Source: Promethearchaeota archaeon (GTDB lineage Archaea > Asgardarchaeota > Lokiarchaeia > Sigyniarchaeales > SOKP01). Taken from it: DNA of 64,000 nucleotides. The stretch is taken from positions 3,813 to 67,812 of the forward strand of contig SOKP01000182.1 in NCBI GenBank assembly GCA_004375715.1. Reading direction: 5' to 3'. The translations under genes were made by a program, and so were the position numbers. The number at the start of each line of letters is the position of its first letter. The stretch's first letter is position 1. Below are positions 8,359 through 18,402 of the stretch, piece after piece. Under the pieces are notes generated by a model. It saw only the letters and a list, made by a program, of their open reading frames with translations, did no database searches and had not been told where the DNA came from.

Positions 8359-8634
8359 ATGGATAAGAGAAGTTATCAACAAGGTAGACCAGCCAGACCT
8401 ATAGATTATTTAAAAAATTCGATAGATAAAGTCATATTGATAAAAGTCAAGAGAAATCGTCTCTTCAGAGCAATATTACGCTCGTTTGACGAACATCTAA
8501 ATCTTTACATTGAAGACGCATCACAACTTTTCGAATATGTGGATGAAGATGGAAATATTAAAGAAGAACATGAATCTCTTGGCAATATTGTGTTACGTGG
8601 TGACAATGTAATATTTTTAAATTTGTCAAAATAG
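8359..8634 (+). CDS. Sm-like archaeal protein (LSm/SmAP)
   Basis: Sm1 motif (RPIDYLKNSIDKVILIKVKRNRLFRAILRSFDEHLNLYIEDA) and Sm2 motif (LGNIVLRGDNVIFL), separated by a longer than usual acidic loop. Confidence 0.85.
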   Translation: MDKRSYQQGRPARPIDYLKNSIDKVILIKVKRNRLFRAILRSFDEHLNLYIEDASQLFEYVDEDGNIKEEHESLGNIVLRGDNVIFLNLSK

Positions 8635-8851
8635 CCAGTTAGTAAGTTTGGTTAAACTAAATAGCTAGTTAGGTTAATAACATTCAAATCCTTGTTCCCT
8701 CGGTTTTCGCAGTGTAATTAAAAATCTTAAATGATCTTTACTTTCATTTAGATTAGGTAAAAAACATATAAAAGTTAAAGTCTTTTTCAATAAGTAAGAT
8801 ACCTAATATTTATTTTGATTGATTTAGTTATTTAAAAAGAGATCCTAATAA

Positions 8852-10936
8852 GTGATTGAACCAGAATATCTCAAACATCGAAATTCATTGGTAATCAGCC
8901 CCAATTTAGGTCATCCTCTATATATTGGTATAGATAGCAAATTAAAGCAGAGAGAATTTGAAGCCAAACTTTTATTTGTGAGTAATATTACGAATTCAAC
9001 TAATTTTGAAGGTTTTTTAAGAAAGAACCTAAAACTCGTTCCAATTCTCGAATACAAGTGGAAGCTAACGAAATTACTTGAAAAAAAAAAAAAAAAGGGG
9101 ATATGGGACAAATTAAAACGATTTTTTGCCAGGGGAAGGAAAAGCAGACAGAAAACGCAAGTAATCAAGGAATTCACCGACTCAAAGGGTGATACGTTTG
9201 ATATTGTCCAAAGGGAGAGGATAGAAAAGCTTAAGCCGCGGGCTTTTCGGGGTGATATAATAGACTGCATAGTTTTAAATGTTCAAAATGCGTATGAATG
9301 TGAGATCGATAATCCCAAATATGACGATTATCTTAGTCCTCAAAATTATTTAGTCAAGCATGAAATTTTTGGGAGCTTAAATAAATTCTACTCAGCAACA
9401 ATTTCTTTTGGCCTGACAGATGAGGTTATAGAATTTTTAAACAGTTTTAACTTCGTAATGTTTGATATTCTCCAGGAAAATCCGAATAAAGGTGATCGAA
9501 TTAATTATCACTCGATTGTAATTTCAAAAAACGATTGGACCAATTTCAAATTTTTACATGTTACAGATTTACATTTAGCTGAAAGAAACGATCGAATCTA
9601 TGAGATTGTTAAAAAATGGCAAAAATCAATTAGAACATCCGAAGTTGGCGAGTTGGTAGCTCAAAGCGTTAAAGCAGTCTCTTATTTTCAGAGGTTGTTA
9701 ATGAAAAGAACTGAGGAAAAAGTTGAAATCACCAAACCGCTGCGCAAACGATTTATCAACCCCAATAATAATTTTAGAAATTTTATTAAGCTTGCAAACA
9801 AGCAAGTAATACAAAATGACTTAGATTTTATAGTATTGACAGGAGATTTGATTGATTTTTCAATCCTTTCCAAGATTAACAAGGAAAGAAGAAAAAGTCT
9901 AGATTTTAAATACGAATATAGTAATTGGCGGATTTTTAAAGAGATAGTGCTAAATAAGGCGCAAGAAAAAAGAAGGGGGATGGCATCTGGAGAAGAATTG
10001 TTATGTCCCATTTTTACAATCCCGGGAAACCATGATTTTCGTCCATATCATTACGATCTTCGTTGGGGGAACTTATACAAAAAGATAGGATTGACCGCAA
10101 CTGAAGCAATTGCATTAAACGAGGAGTTAATGGCAAATCCTATTAGCTCTATTACGAAGAACTTCAGGGCTTTAAAAGCCTATCTAATAGAAATCAATTC
10201 GTCATTAGATTTTTCTCTCAAACTTGGAGAGAATATTTTCGTTTTTCTAAATTCCGGTTCCGATTCTTTTAAAAATATTATCGATTTTGTTAGTGGACAC
10301 CCCTCCGTAACTGGAGTTACTAACAAACAAATAAGGTATTTAGAGGACTTAATAAATAAAACCATTAAACCTGGATACAATACATTTCTTATGGTTCATG
10401 GACCTCCAATTAATCCCAAAAAAACAATGAAAAAAACATTTTCTCTTTCAAAACCTTCAAAAGATAAAATGCCTTCTCTCGAAGAGTTTAAAGAATCTAT
10501 AATGGAAAAATTGGGGAAGCGTCCTTCCGCAATTCGAATTAATGATAAGTTTGACTTAAAATTTGGAACAATCTCTTCCAATTGGGCAAAAATCATTAAA
10601 TTCTGCCTCGAATATTGTGTTCTTACTCTTTCAGGGCATACTCATCAATTAAGAGAATTTAGGTTGAGTAATCCCAGACAGAAATCTATTAATCCTATGA
10701 CTACAAATCCAGTTAAACTAGAAAAATTAGATACCCCTGCAGCTGTTTACTACGATTATTATTCTGATAGACTAAAAAATCAAGATGAAGTGGAAACCAA
10801 CGCTCCTTATGTCGTTCAAACCCCTGCTCTAGGATTTGGGAGTTATTTCAAACCTGGTTTAACCGGGGCTTATCGAGAGATCATAATTGAAAAAGGAAAA
10901 TTAAGTTCTTTTCAAGTTAAGTATGTGAAACAATAA
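8852..10936 (+). CDS. Calcineurin-like metallophosphoesterase with a ~230-aa N-terminal domain of unknown function
   Basis: Phosphoesterase motifs HVTDLHLAE, VLTGDLIDF, PGNHDF, MVHGPP, LSGHTHQ. GTG start in the ORF track. Confidence 0.75.
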   Translation: MIEPEYLKHRNSLVISPNLGHPLYIGIDSKLKQREFEAKLLFVSNITNSTNFEGFLRKNLKLVPILEYKWKLTKLLEKKKKKGIWDKLKRFFARGRKSRQKTQVIKEFTDSKGDTFDIVQRERIEKLKPRAFRGDIIDCIVLNVQNAYECEIDNPKYDDYLSPQNYLVKHEIFGSLNKFYSATISFGLTDEVIEFLNSFNFVMFDILQENPNKGDRINYHSIVISKNDWTNFKFLHVTDLHLAERNDRIYEIVKKWQKSIRTSEVGELVAQSVKAVSYFQRLLMKRTEEKVEITKPLRKRFINPNNNFRNFIKLANKQVIQNDLDFIVLTGDLIDFSILSKINKERRKSLDFKYEYSNWRIFKEIVLNKAQEKRRGMASGEELLCPIFTIPGNHDFRPYHYDLRWGNLYKKIGLTATEAIALNEELMANPISSITKNFRALKAYLIEINSSLDFSLKLGENIFVFLNSGSDSFKNIIDFVSGHPSVTGVTNKQIRYLEDLINKTIKPGYNTFLMVHGPPINPKKTMKKTFSLSKPSKDKMPSLEEFKESIMEKLGKRPSAIRINDKFDLKFGTISSNWAKIIKFCLEYCVLTLSGHTHQLREFRLSNPRQKSINPMTTNPVKLEKLDTPAAVYYDYYSDRLKNQDEVETNAPYVVQTPALGFGSYFKPGLTGAYREIIIEKGKLSSFQVKYVKQ

Positions 10937-10956
10937 TAAACTATAGTTTTAATAAT

Positions 10957-12447
10957 TTAATCGTTTAAATGTATAGGTCTTCCTTTTTTATGAATAGCCA
11001 TGCCATATACATCTTCCATCCCTTCTAAAACCATCTCTGAAATTGTTGGATGGCTATGTATTGTAGTAGAAACATCGTGAACGGTTAATCCATGCTGCAT
11101 GGCTAAAGAAATTTCAGATATTAATTCGGGCGCTTCAGCACCAATACACGATGCACCTAGTATTTTGTTAGTTTTTTTATCAGCGATAATTAGTATGAAT
11201 CCATCCTCTTCTCCTATGCATTTCGCCTTACCTAACGACTCATATGGGAATCTTCCTATAAGTAAATCATATCCCGCATTTTTTGCATTTTTTCTCCTTA
11301 GTCCTACTGATCCAATGTTTGGGCTTGTGAAAATAGTCGCGGGAATTATTCGGTAATTAGTAACTTTTTCTTTAACTTGGAACTCGTCTAGACTTGCTAA
11401 CGCATTTGCCACAGCAACATCACCTTCATGCCTAGCAACATGAGCAAGCATTAATCCACCTGTAACATCGCCGATTGCAAATATTCCTTTTACAGAAGTT
11501 TCTAACGATTTAGAATCTACTTGAATTGCTCCTCGCGGGGCTTCTATTTTTAAATCCTCTAATCCTAGATTTCTAGATTCTTTTGCTCGACCAATCGTAA
11601 CCAGACAGTAATCCGCTTCGATATATGATTTTTCAGTCGTTTCTATCTGTTCTTTTGGAACATCAGCTGAAATTATTGTTGCTTTCACGCCTGATCCTGT
11701 GTTTACGATTGATAACACATTTTGTGAAACGAGTATTTCGATACCAAGATTACTAAACTTCTTTTGTATTTCTTTCACTACCATAGGCTCTTCAGTTGCA
11801 AGTGGAGAGGGAAGATATTCAAGCATCGTAACTTTGCTTCCAAAACTAGCAAATATATTAGCAAACTCAACCCCCGCTACTCCGGCTCCAATAATTAGCA
11901 ATTTTTTTGGCAAGATTTTAAAGTCAGGCTGTAAGACATCGTCTGTAGTTAATATCCTATCGTGGTCAATATTAAACACAGGAATTAGCACTGGAGTTGA
12001 ACCTGTAGCAATTATCACCCTTTTAGCTTTAATTTTTCTAATACCGTCCCCTTCAATCGAGATTTCAAATCCATTATTTGCGTTTCCGTTTAAAATCTTA
12101 CCATGTCCCATATAAACATCGTTTTTCCATGCTTTTTCTAATGTCGCAATTCCATCCGTTAATTCTTTAACAACTCTATTTTTGCGAATAACGGCTTTAC
12201 TGAAATCTAACTTAAAATCACCGAGGATTCCGTGATCTTCTCCATTTTCCATAAGTTTTTGGATAAACTCTGCAGATGCGTAGAGCGCTTTTGCTGGTAT
12301 GCAACCCAAATTTAAGCACGTACCTCCTAACTTATTTTTTTCAATCAAGGCAACTTTAGCGCCAAATTGAGCTGCTCTGATTGCGGAATGGTATCCTCCT
12401 GGTCCCGAGCCAATTACTGCAATATCATACACTTCTGAGTCTGTCAT
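10957..12447 (-). CDS. lpdA: Dihydrolipoamide dehydrogenase / class-I pyridine nucleotide-disulfide oxidoreductase
   Basis: VIGSGPGGY FAD motif, redox-active GGTCLNLGCIPAK, second Rossmann IIGAGVAGVEF, C-terminal HSHPTISE dimerisation motif. Confidence 0.9.
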   Translation of the reverse strand: MTDSEVYDIAVIGSGPGGYHSAIRAAQFGAKVALIEKNKLGGTCLNLGCIPAKALYASAEFIQKLMENGEDHGILGDFKLDFSKAVIRKNRVVKELTDGIATLEKAWKNDVYMGHGKILNGNANNGFEISIEGDGIRKIKAKRVIIATGSTPVLIPVFNIDHDRILTTDDVLQPDFKILPKKLLIIGAGVAGVEFANIFASFGSKVTMLEYLPSPLATEEPMVVKEIQKKFSNLGIEILVSQNVLSIVNTGSGVKATIISADVPKEQIETTEKSYIEADYCLVTIGRAKESRNLGLEDLKIEAPRGAIQVDSKSLETSVKGIFAIGDVTGGLMLAHVARHEGDVAVANALASLDEFQVKEKVTNYRIIPATIFTSPNIGSVGLRRKNAKNAGYDLLIGRFPYESLGKAKCIGEEDGFILIIADKKTNKILGASCIGAEAPELISEISLAMQHGLTVHDVSTTIHSHPTISEMVLEGMEDVYGMAIHKKGRPIHLND

Positions 12448-12581
12448 TTTCTTTCGGTATCTTCAATTGTAATATAAATACTTATCTAATTGAGATAGAT
12501 TATACATACAATATTAATTTTAATTTAATTAAATATCTCGAGAAGTATAATTAATTTTTTTCTTGAATATTGTTGATGTAG

Positions 12582-14009
12582 ATGTATATACAAAATTATT
12601 CGCAATTAATTTCAGAGAGCCTAAATAGAAATGCTTTAGAGTTAAGAAAAAGAGGGCTAAAATCATTAGAAATTGCACTCAGTTCAGTTGAGCCTAGGAC
12701 ATTAATTAGGCATGCTATAACGATTTCCGATGAAATCCTCATGATCGAGGAGGATAAATACGATCTTAAGAAATTTGAGAGAATTTTAATCATTGGGGGT
12801 GGAAAGGCAACCGCTCAAATGGCTATTGCATTAGAGGAATTACTAAAAACAAACTCTAAAATTGAATTCAAGGGATTTTTGAACATACCTGAGGATCAAG
12901 AAAGTAAATTTCTTAACTCCACAAAGAACATAAAAATGAATTTAGCATCTCATCCTATACCAAATGAAGCTGGGTTAAACGGTGTTAATAGGATGTTAGA
13001 ACTTGTTGAAGGGACTAGTAAAAAAGACTTAATCATTTGCCTATTTTCTGGAGGTGGTTCTGCCTTACTCCTACTTCCAAAAAAAGATATAACCCTGACA
13101 GACATTCAAAAAGTTAACTCGTTACTATTAGCCTCGGGCGCGTCAATTCACGAAATTAACACCATCCGAAAACATCTATCTGACTTTAAGGGAGGTAACC
13201 TCGCAAAAAGAATCTATGAGTGTAGTAAGGCAACTACAATAACAATTATGATTTCTGATGTTATAGGGAATAAATTAGATTCAATTGCATCTGGTCCTAC
13301 CGTTCCTGACTTAACATCCTTCAACGACGCGTATAAAGTTTTATTGAAGTACAATTTGCTTGATAGGATTTCTATGCCTGTTAAAAAGGTTATAATGGAT
13401 GGAGTAAAAAATCCGGACTTAGAAAACCCATCGAAGAACGATCCCATTTTCGAAAATGTCCATACATATCTAATAGGAAGCATTGAAATAAGCGTGGAAG
13501 AGGTGTCTAATTATCTAAAGAAACACAAATTTGAGATTGATTATTTTTCAGCCGAAATTTCGGGAGAAGCAGCAGACTTTGGAAAACGACTTTTCTATTT
13601 GATAACAGAAAAACTTAAAGAATACCCGAAAGAGCCTGAAAAATCCAGGATAGCAATGATCGGAACTGGAGAACTTACTGTAACATTACGAGGGAAAGGA
13701 ATTGGTGGAAGGAACCAAGAAATGCTTTTAAATTTCCTCAATACTATAAAAAGCGAAAAAATTGATTATAAGTTCTTCGTTTTAGGGTGTAATCTTGATG
13801 GGATTGAAGGAAATAGTAAGGCAATGGGTGCAATCGTTGATAATAGTTTATTAATGGAAACTATTAAGAATAATGTTAGCATCAATGGTTATTTAAGCAG
13901 CAATAACTCTAATGCTTTTTTTAACCTAATAAATGGAGAAATTATCACAGGTCCAACCGGTATAAATGTAAACGACTTAATATTGATCCTAGTCGAGTTT
14001 AACATTTAA
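12582..14009 (+). CDS. Glycerate 2-kinase / hydroxypyruvate reductase family (DUF4147 + MOFRL)
   Basis: IGGGKAT, FSGGGSALL, ISDVIGN..IASGPT, GTGELTV..GKGIGGRNQE, all typical of MOFRL-family glycerate kinases. Confidence 0.8.
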   Translation: MYIQNYSQLISESLNRNALELRKRGLKSLEIALSSVEPRTLIRHAITISDEILMIEEDKYDLKKFERILIIGGGKATAQMAIALEELLKTNSKIEFKGFLNIPEDQESKFLNSTKNIKMNLASHPIPNEAGLNGVNRMLELVEGTSKKDLIICLFSGGGSALLLLPKKDITLTDIQKVNSLLLASGASIHEINTIRKHLSDFKGGNLAKRIYECSKATTITIMISDVIGNKLDSIASGPTVPDLTSFNDAYKVLLKYNLLDRISMPVKKVIMDGVKNPDLENPSKNDPIFENVHTYLIGSIEISVEEVSNYLKKHKFEIDYFSAEISGEAADFGKRLFYLITEKLKEYPKEPEKSRIAMIGTGELTVTLRGKGIGGRNQEMLLNFLNTIKSEKIDYKFFVLGCNLDGIEGNSKAMGAIVDNSLLMETIKNNVSINGYLSSNNSNAFFNLINGEIITGPTGINVNDLILILVEFNI

Positions 14010-14050
14010 TGTCTATTGTAGCACAATAAGAGTTTTATACGATAATTAAT

Positions 14051-14227
14051 ATGAAGATAGTGATGAATATAGACTCCAACTTTATTATAATATGCCCCGC
14101 TTGCGGCTATTCCTTCAAAAAACCTGATATGGTAGCAAAGAAAAAGAGATTAACTTGTCCTATGTGTAGATATATTTTTAAAAACCCTAACGAAATGCCT
14201 TCTAAGTTTGACGATTTTACTATCTAA
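14051..14227 (+). CDS. Small zinc-ribbon protein (58 aa), below the ORF-track length cut-off
   Basis: ATG...TAA frame encoding MKIVMNIDSNFIIICPACGYSFKKPDMVAKKKRLTCPMCRYIFKNPNEMPSKFDDFTI. Two CPxC pairs are spaced 19 aa apart. Confidence 0.4.
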   Translation: MKIVMNIDSNFIIICPACGYSFKKPDMVAKKKRLTCPMCRYIFKNPNEMPSKFDDFTI

Positions 14228-14381
14228 CACTATCACGAAAAAAAAGTTGAACCAAGTAATATTTTTTTAGATCTAAGATTTAGTTGATAAATCTTTTTTA
14301 ACTATAACGATTACATAATTATTAATCCATACATAGATAGTTATGGAATATTTACGAAAATGTATAAAATGGTAAACTAAC

Positions 14382-16562
14382 ATGGCACGTAAGAAGAAAG
14401 ATAAAGTACCTAGTAGGCCAAGAGAACCTAAACAAAGTTATGGTTGGGCTGCAGAAGAAGCTGCTGAAGAAAAATTAGCTGAAGGTCTAAAGAGATCCGA
14501 TCTAGACTCAGGTAAAGTTGTGCTAATCGATAGAGATATTTCTACCCCCGTAATCGAGACATATGATGCAAATACTGGTGAATTAGAAGGATCAATTTTA
14601 CTTAAAGATGGCAATAGAGAAGGAGTAACGGGACTAGTGAGAATTATTGAAAATGTTGATGTGGAGTTAGATCACGACTCTAACATAGAATCTATTAACT
14701 TTAAAGGCAAGTTAAGCGTGGAAAATCAATCAAAGAAAGACAGATTATGGGATATTGATCTTTCCCTCAAAAATATTGAAAGTACTAGTTTAAAATCAAA
14801 AGATATTAAAATCAGAGAGCTCGGAACAGATAAAGATACAAATGCTTATACTGAAGATTTTGTTATCAAGGAAGAAATCAAAAATTTGCTTCTCGTTCAA
14901 GAATATGTTAACACACTTCCTGATGCCGATAATGTTCTAAATCTAAGGGACATTGAAACTAACTTACTCAAAGCGAAAGATAAAACTAGTAAAGCAGGCG
15001 CTAAAGTAAAAGAACGAGTAGCTCCTGTTAGGGAAGAGGAAGAAGAGGAAGAAGAAGAAGAGGAAGAAGAAGAAGAGGATGATGAAACTTTAGAAGATGG
15101 AGGAACTGACGCAGACGGATTTTCTCTACAAGCTTTTGGTATTTCAATTGATAAAGAAAATACGGTTACATTTGCTATTGCTATGAGAAATTTATTCGCA
15201 AAAGCAATTAAAAATGTTAAAGTCGTGAAAAATATTCCTGGGGATTTTAGCAATCCAGTTATAAGAGACACAACAGAAGGACGAGCAGAGGTTGAAGGTA
15301 ATAAGATTATCTGGAACATTGAGAAATTGATGCCTCAAACAACCGTTCTCATGAAATTTACCTGCAGTATCTTAGTAACAGACATTACCAAGAGGAAAAC
15401 AGGTACAATCGATGTAACATATGAAGCATCATCTTCCTTTGCAGAAGGTTTGGATATCGATAAATACGACGCTTATACTAGAAACAAATTTTATGTTGAT
15501 ACAGTAGAACGCGATGAAGAACCTGGCGTTTGGGATTGTAAGCTCGTTTTCGAAAACCCTTCAGAATTTATAATTCAATTGTTCAATGCAGATGTTTATT
15601 CTCCAGAAGATGAATCTATTAAATATGTCGACATTGACCCAAAAGATGTCCCTTATTTACCAGCTGGCGCTCAATGGCATTCTAAAAAGTGGAAATTTGA
15701 ATCTGAAGAATATCCTGCTTTTAGGAAGAAGCTTGAATTTCGGGTTATGCCTGATTTCCAAACAATCGTCAAAGGAACTGTTTCCATTGCTGATGTTATA
15801 TTAGAAATCGCAAGTATAGCAGGTGATATGTCTTACGATATAGAACAAGTTCCTACCTACAAAGAAAAAGATGTTATTGCAACATTGAAGATGGTCAATA
15901 ATGGATCAGCCCCATTAAACGAAATCACCATTGTTCAGCAATATTTCAACGACGAATATCAACCACCTAAAGCTGATGAGATAAAAGTATTATGGGACCG
16001 AAATGAAATTGATCTTGATTCGGGATCTGTCAATTTTGATGGAAATATTTTTAAAATTTCACTAAAGGATCTCAGAAACTCGAGTAGTGGTTTATTTATA
16101 CCAGAATCATCTTTAGAGATTCAATACCCTATTCATTGTATAAATCCCCCTCAAGAGTCAAAGTTTGAATCAGAGATAACTTATTTTACTAATACATTCC
16201 CAGTTTCTCAAGAATTAGAATTTAAGCCAGAAGTACCCGTAATAGAAGCCTTGCATCTTCGCAGACGGTTTAGAATTGGAAAGGAAGTCCTTCCAATTGG
16301 AAAATTGGGCAACTATGAAATAATCTTAACCCTTGAAAATATTGGAACTGCGCCCTTACAAAAGTTAGTTCTCATGGACAAGGTTCCAGACAGCTTCGAG
16401 TACTCTGATTTTTCAATGAAACCCAAGATCACAGACGAAGTAGGACAAGATACGCTTAAGTGGACAATTGACAAACTAATGGCTGAAGAAAAAATAGAGA
16501 TCACCTATAAAATTAGCGGTACTGGAGCTTACTCTCCTAGCGATGCACAACTTGGACTATAA
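14382..16562 (+). CDS. Large acidic cytoplasmic protein with repeated beta-sandwich (DUF11/CARDB-like) modules and a poly-Glu tract
   Basis: No signal peptide (MARKKKDKVPSRPRE). E15-DDE tract. Recurrent module pattern V-x-N/D-x-P..F......G......W.I.KL...E.......Y (e.g. VVKNIPGDFSNP...IIWNIEKLMPQ; LMDKVPDSFEYS...LKWTIDKLMAEEKIEITYKISG). Confidence 0.6.
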   Translation: MARKKKDKVPSRPREPKQSYGWAAEEAAEEKLAEGLKRSDLDSGKVVLIDRDISTPVIETYDANTGELEGSILLKDGNREGVTGLVRIIENVDVELDHDSNIESINFKGKLSVENQSKKDRLWDIDLSLKNIESTSLKSKDIKIRELGTDKDTNAYTEDFVIKEEIKNLLLVQEYVNTLPDADNVLNLRDIETNLLKAKDKTSKAGAKVKERVAPVREEEEEEEEEEEEEEEDDETLEDGGTDADGFSLQAFGISIDKENTVTFAIAMRNLFAKAIKNVKVVKNIPGDFSNPVIRDTTEGRAEVEGNKIIWNIEKLMPQTTVLMKFTCSILVTDITKRKTGTIDVTYEASSSFAEGLDIDKYDAYTRNKFYVDTVERDEEPGVWDCKLVFENPSEFIIQLFNADVYSPEDESIKYVDIDPKDVPYLPAGAQWHSKKWKFESEEYPAFRKKLEFRVMPDFQTIVKGTVSIADVILEIASIAGDMSYDIEQVPTYKEKDVIATLKMVNNGSAPLNEITIVQQYFNDEYQPPKADEIKVLWDRNEIDLDSGSVNFDGNIFKISLKDLRNSSSGLFIPESSLEIQYPIHCINPPQESKFESEITYFTNTFPVSQELEFKPEVPVIEALHLRRRFRIGKEVLPIGKLGNYEIILTLENIGTAPLQKLVLMDKVPDSFEYSDFSMKPKITDEVGQDTLKWTIDKLMAEEKIEITYKISGTGAYSPSDAQLGL

Positions 16563-16581
16563 TTAATATTTATTATAACTA

Positions 16582-16595
16582 TTTTTTTTTTTTTT
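16582..16595 (+). terminator. T14 tract, candidate terminator after the acidic beta-sandwich protein gene
   Basis: 14 consecutive T starting 20 nt after the stop codon at 16560-16562. Confidence 0.4.
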
Positions 16596-16717
16596 ATTTT
16601 TAAATTTTCATATTCATTTAATAAGTTTGAAAGAACTTCTATTACTATAATTAAAGAAAATGCTTTCTGCGATTATTATTATAGAATCATAATATTTAGT
16701 ATCTTGTGTAATGAACC

Positions 16718-18397
16718 ATGTCAAAACTTAAAAAACACTTTAATTTGAATTGGATGTTTGAATGTCCTGATGCTGTTCTTACTTGTTCGACTCTTAAGTG
16801 TGGAGAAAATACTTACATCGTTTTTGGGGGCCACGACAAAACTTTATATCTTATGGACGAAGATTTGAACATTCTTGATAGCATTACTTTCGATGGTTGG
16901 GTCCGAACTACTTATCCTATAGATATAACCAAAGATGGCTGCGAAGAGATTCTGGTGGGTGCTGGTGATGGCAATTTCTTGGTTGTTAAATTAGTCAAAG
17001 GTATCAACAAGTTAGCTGGTATTATGAATTATAAGTCAAAGGGTAAAGTACTAAGCGTTACTGCTGGAGATTTTACTAGAGATAATAATATAGAGCTGAT
17101 TTATGGAAGTGAAGATAAAACTCTTAAAATTTTCGAAAATATCGATTCTACTGAACCAAATTTCACGCTATATTATGATTCATGGGTAACAGCAGTAACA
17201 TTAGGTTATTTAAAGCTCCCAGATGTTGATATACCGATTTATGGCTTGCTCGTCGGGACTAAAAATGGGATGCTTCAATTGATTCAAATTAAAGATAACA
17301 AGCCAGATATAGTATGGCAAATAGATATTGATTCACAAATTAATACGGTAGAGGTAGGGGATGTTACAAATGATGGATTTTTTGAAATTATAGTAGGAAC
17401 TGATGATTCTTTTATAAGGGTGTTTAATACTGAGGGTGTAGAGTTAAAAGCTATTAAAATCGAAAAAAGTCGGCCTATATCTTTAAAAATAATAGACATC
17501 GATGCAGATAACGCTAAAGAGATAATAGTTGGATGTGCTGATGGATCGCTTTACATATACCATAACCCTAACTTGGATTCATTAGATATTGAGTTGAAAT
17601 GGAAAACTTCTGCCTCGAACTCTATTAAAATTGTTTCTTCAATTGTAAATCCTGACGATGGTATAACGAACATCTTATTTGGGGGATACGATAGAAGTAT
17701 TAGGTGTATAAGTGATCTTGAATGCGGCGAAAAACCTCCTTTAGAGATTCCGTATAATATAAAAATCCCTGAGACTCAGCCTACAGAAGTGGATACAAAA
17801 GATGCGAAACCATTCATATTCGAAACCGTCCCAACTAACATTAGAGAATATATTTTTAAATATTTAATAGATAATAGGATTATTGAGGGAATTGGAGCTG
17901 AATTGGAGAAGAGAGGATATCTCACTGATAGTGTTATAGAAGAATTTCAGCGAATGATTTCGGAAAAACCTGATTCCTATGATAAGATAACATACTCCGT
18001 GTGGACTTTGCCAGAAGATAAAATAGGGGTAGGTGGTACGGCTGGAGCTCCCGCTAAAAAGGGGAAAAGGATAAAACCCGTTGTAGTAGAGCAAGAAATT
18101 CCTTCTCAAAAAGGAGGAGCGTTAATTGATGCTTTGAAGCAGGATGGTAAAAAAGGAGAGACCATAAAAAGTACACCCTCTACAGAAACTATAGCTGAGA
18201 TAAATTTAAAAACTATTATCATTACTCACTTAGAAAATTTCAAATTAGTCCCTACTAAAAAAAAACTAATTGACGATATTGGTATATTAGGATACGGTAG
18301 GGATGTTGTTGAAAAACAGATCGATAAATTGAGAATGGAGGGAGTCCTCATTTACTCTCGTTCAGAACCTAAGGGATGGAGTTTGGGGACTTATTAA
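16718..18397 (+). CDS. Seven-bladed FG-GAP/VCBS-like beta-propeller protein with C-terminal winged-helix-like domain
   Basis: Seven repeats with the signature hhhG..D..h.hh (IVFGGHDKTLYLM, ILVGAGDGNFLVV, LIYGSEDKTLKIF, LLVGTKNGMLQLI, IIVGTDDSFIRVF, IIVGCADGSLYIY, ILFGGYDRSIRCI). They are preceded by D-x-x-x-D/N-G-x-x-E loops. No signal peptide. The C-terminus (LIDDIGILGYGRDVVEKQIDKLRMEGVLIYSR) looks wHTH-like. Confidence 0.7.
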   Translation: MSKLKKHFNLNWMFECPDAVLTCSTLKCGENTYIVFGGHDKTLYLMDEDLNILDSITFDGWVRTTYPIDITKDGCEEILVGAGDGNFLVVKLVKGINKLAGIMNYKSKGKVLSVTAGDFTRDNNIELIYGSEDKTLKIFENIDSTEPNFTLYYDSWVTAVTLGYLKLPDVDIPIYGLLVGTKNGMLQLIQIKDNKPDIVWQIDIDSQINTVEVGDVTNDGFFEIIVGTDDSFIRVFNTEGVELKAIKIEKSRPISLKIIDIDADNAKEIIVGCADGSLYIYHNPNLDSLDIELKWKTSASNSIKIVSSIVNPDDGITNILFGGYDRSIRCISDLECGEKPPLEIPYNIKIPETQPTEVDTKDAKPFIFETVPTNIREYIFKYLIDNRIIEGIGAELEKRGYLTDSVIEEFQRMISEKPDSYDKITYSVWTLPEDKIGVGGTAGAPAKKGKRIKPVVVEQEIPSQKGGALIDALKQDGKKGETIKSTPSTETIAEINLKTIIITHLENFKLVPTKKKLIDDIGILGYGRDVVEKQIDKLRMEGVLIYSRSEPKGWSLGTY

Positions 18398-18402
18398 TTC
18401 CT

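Noticed and set aside
8680-8705. TTCAAATCC T-loop-like motif downstream of the Sm gene, checked as a second tRNA
   Set aside because: The flanking bases cannot form a 5-bp GC-containing T-stem, and no acceptor, D or anticodon arms can be drawn.
8911-12115. Antisense ORFs within the phosphoesterase and lipoamide dehydrogenase genes (8911-9270, 9688-10011, 10180-10380, 10396-10596, 11099-11356, 11699-12115)
   Set aside because: All are contained in longer ORFs with clear catalytic motifs on the opposite strand, and none has recognisable features.
14060-14126. Possible C/D-box sRNA (GTGATGA at 14060 and CTGA about 60 nt downstream, short terminal complementarity)
   Set aside because: No acceptable internal D' (CTGA) or C' (TGATGA) boxes occur at the required 12-nt guide spacing. 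The segment is better explained as the 5' part of the zinc-ribbon ORF.
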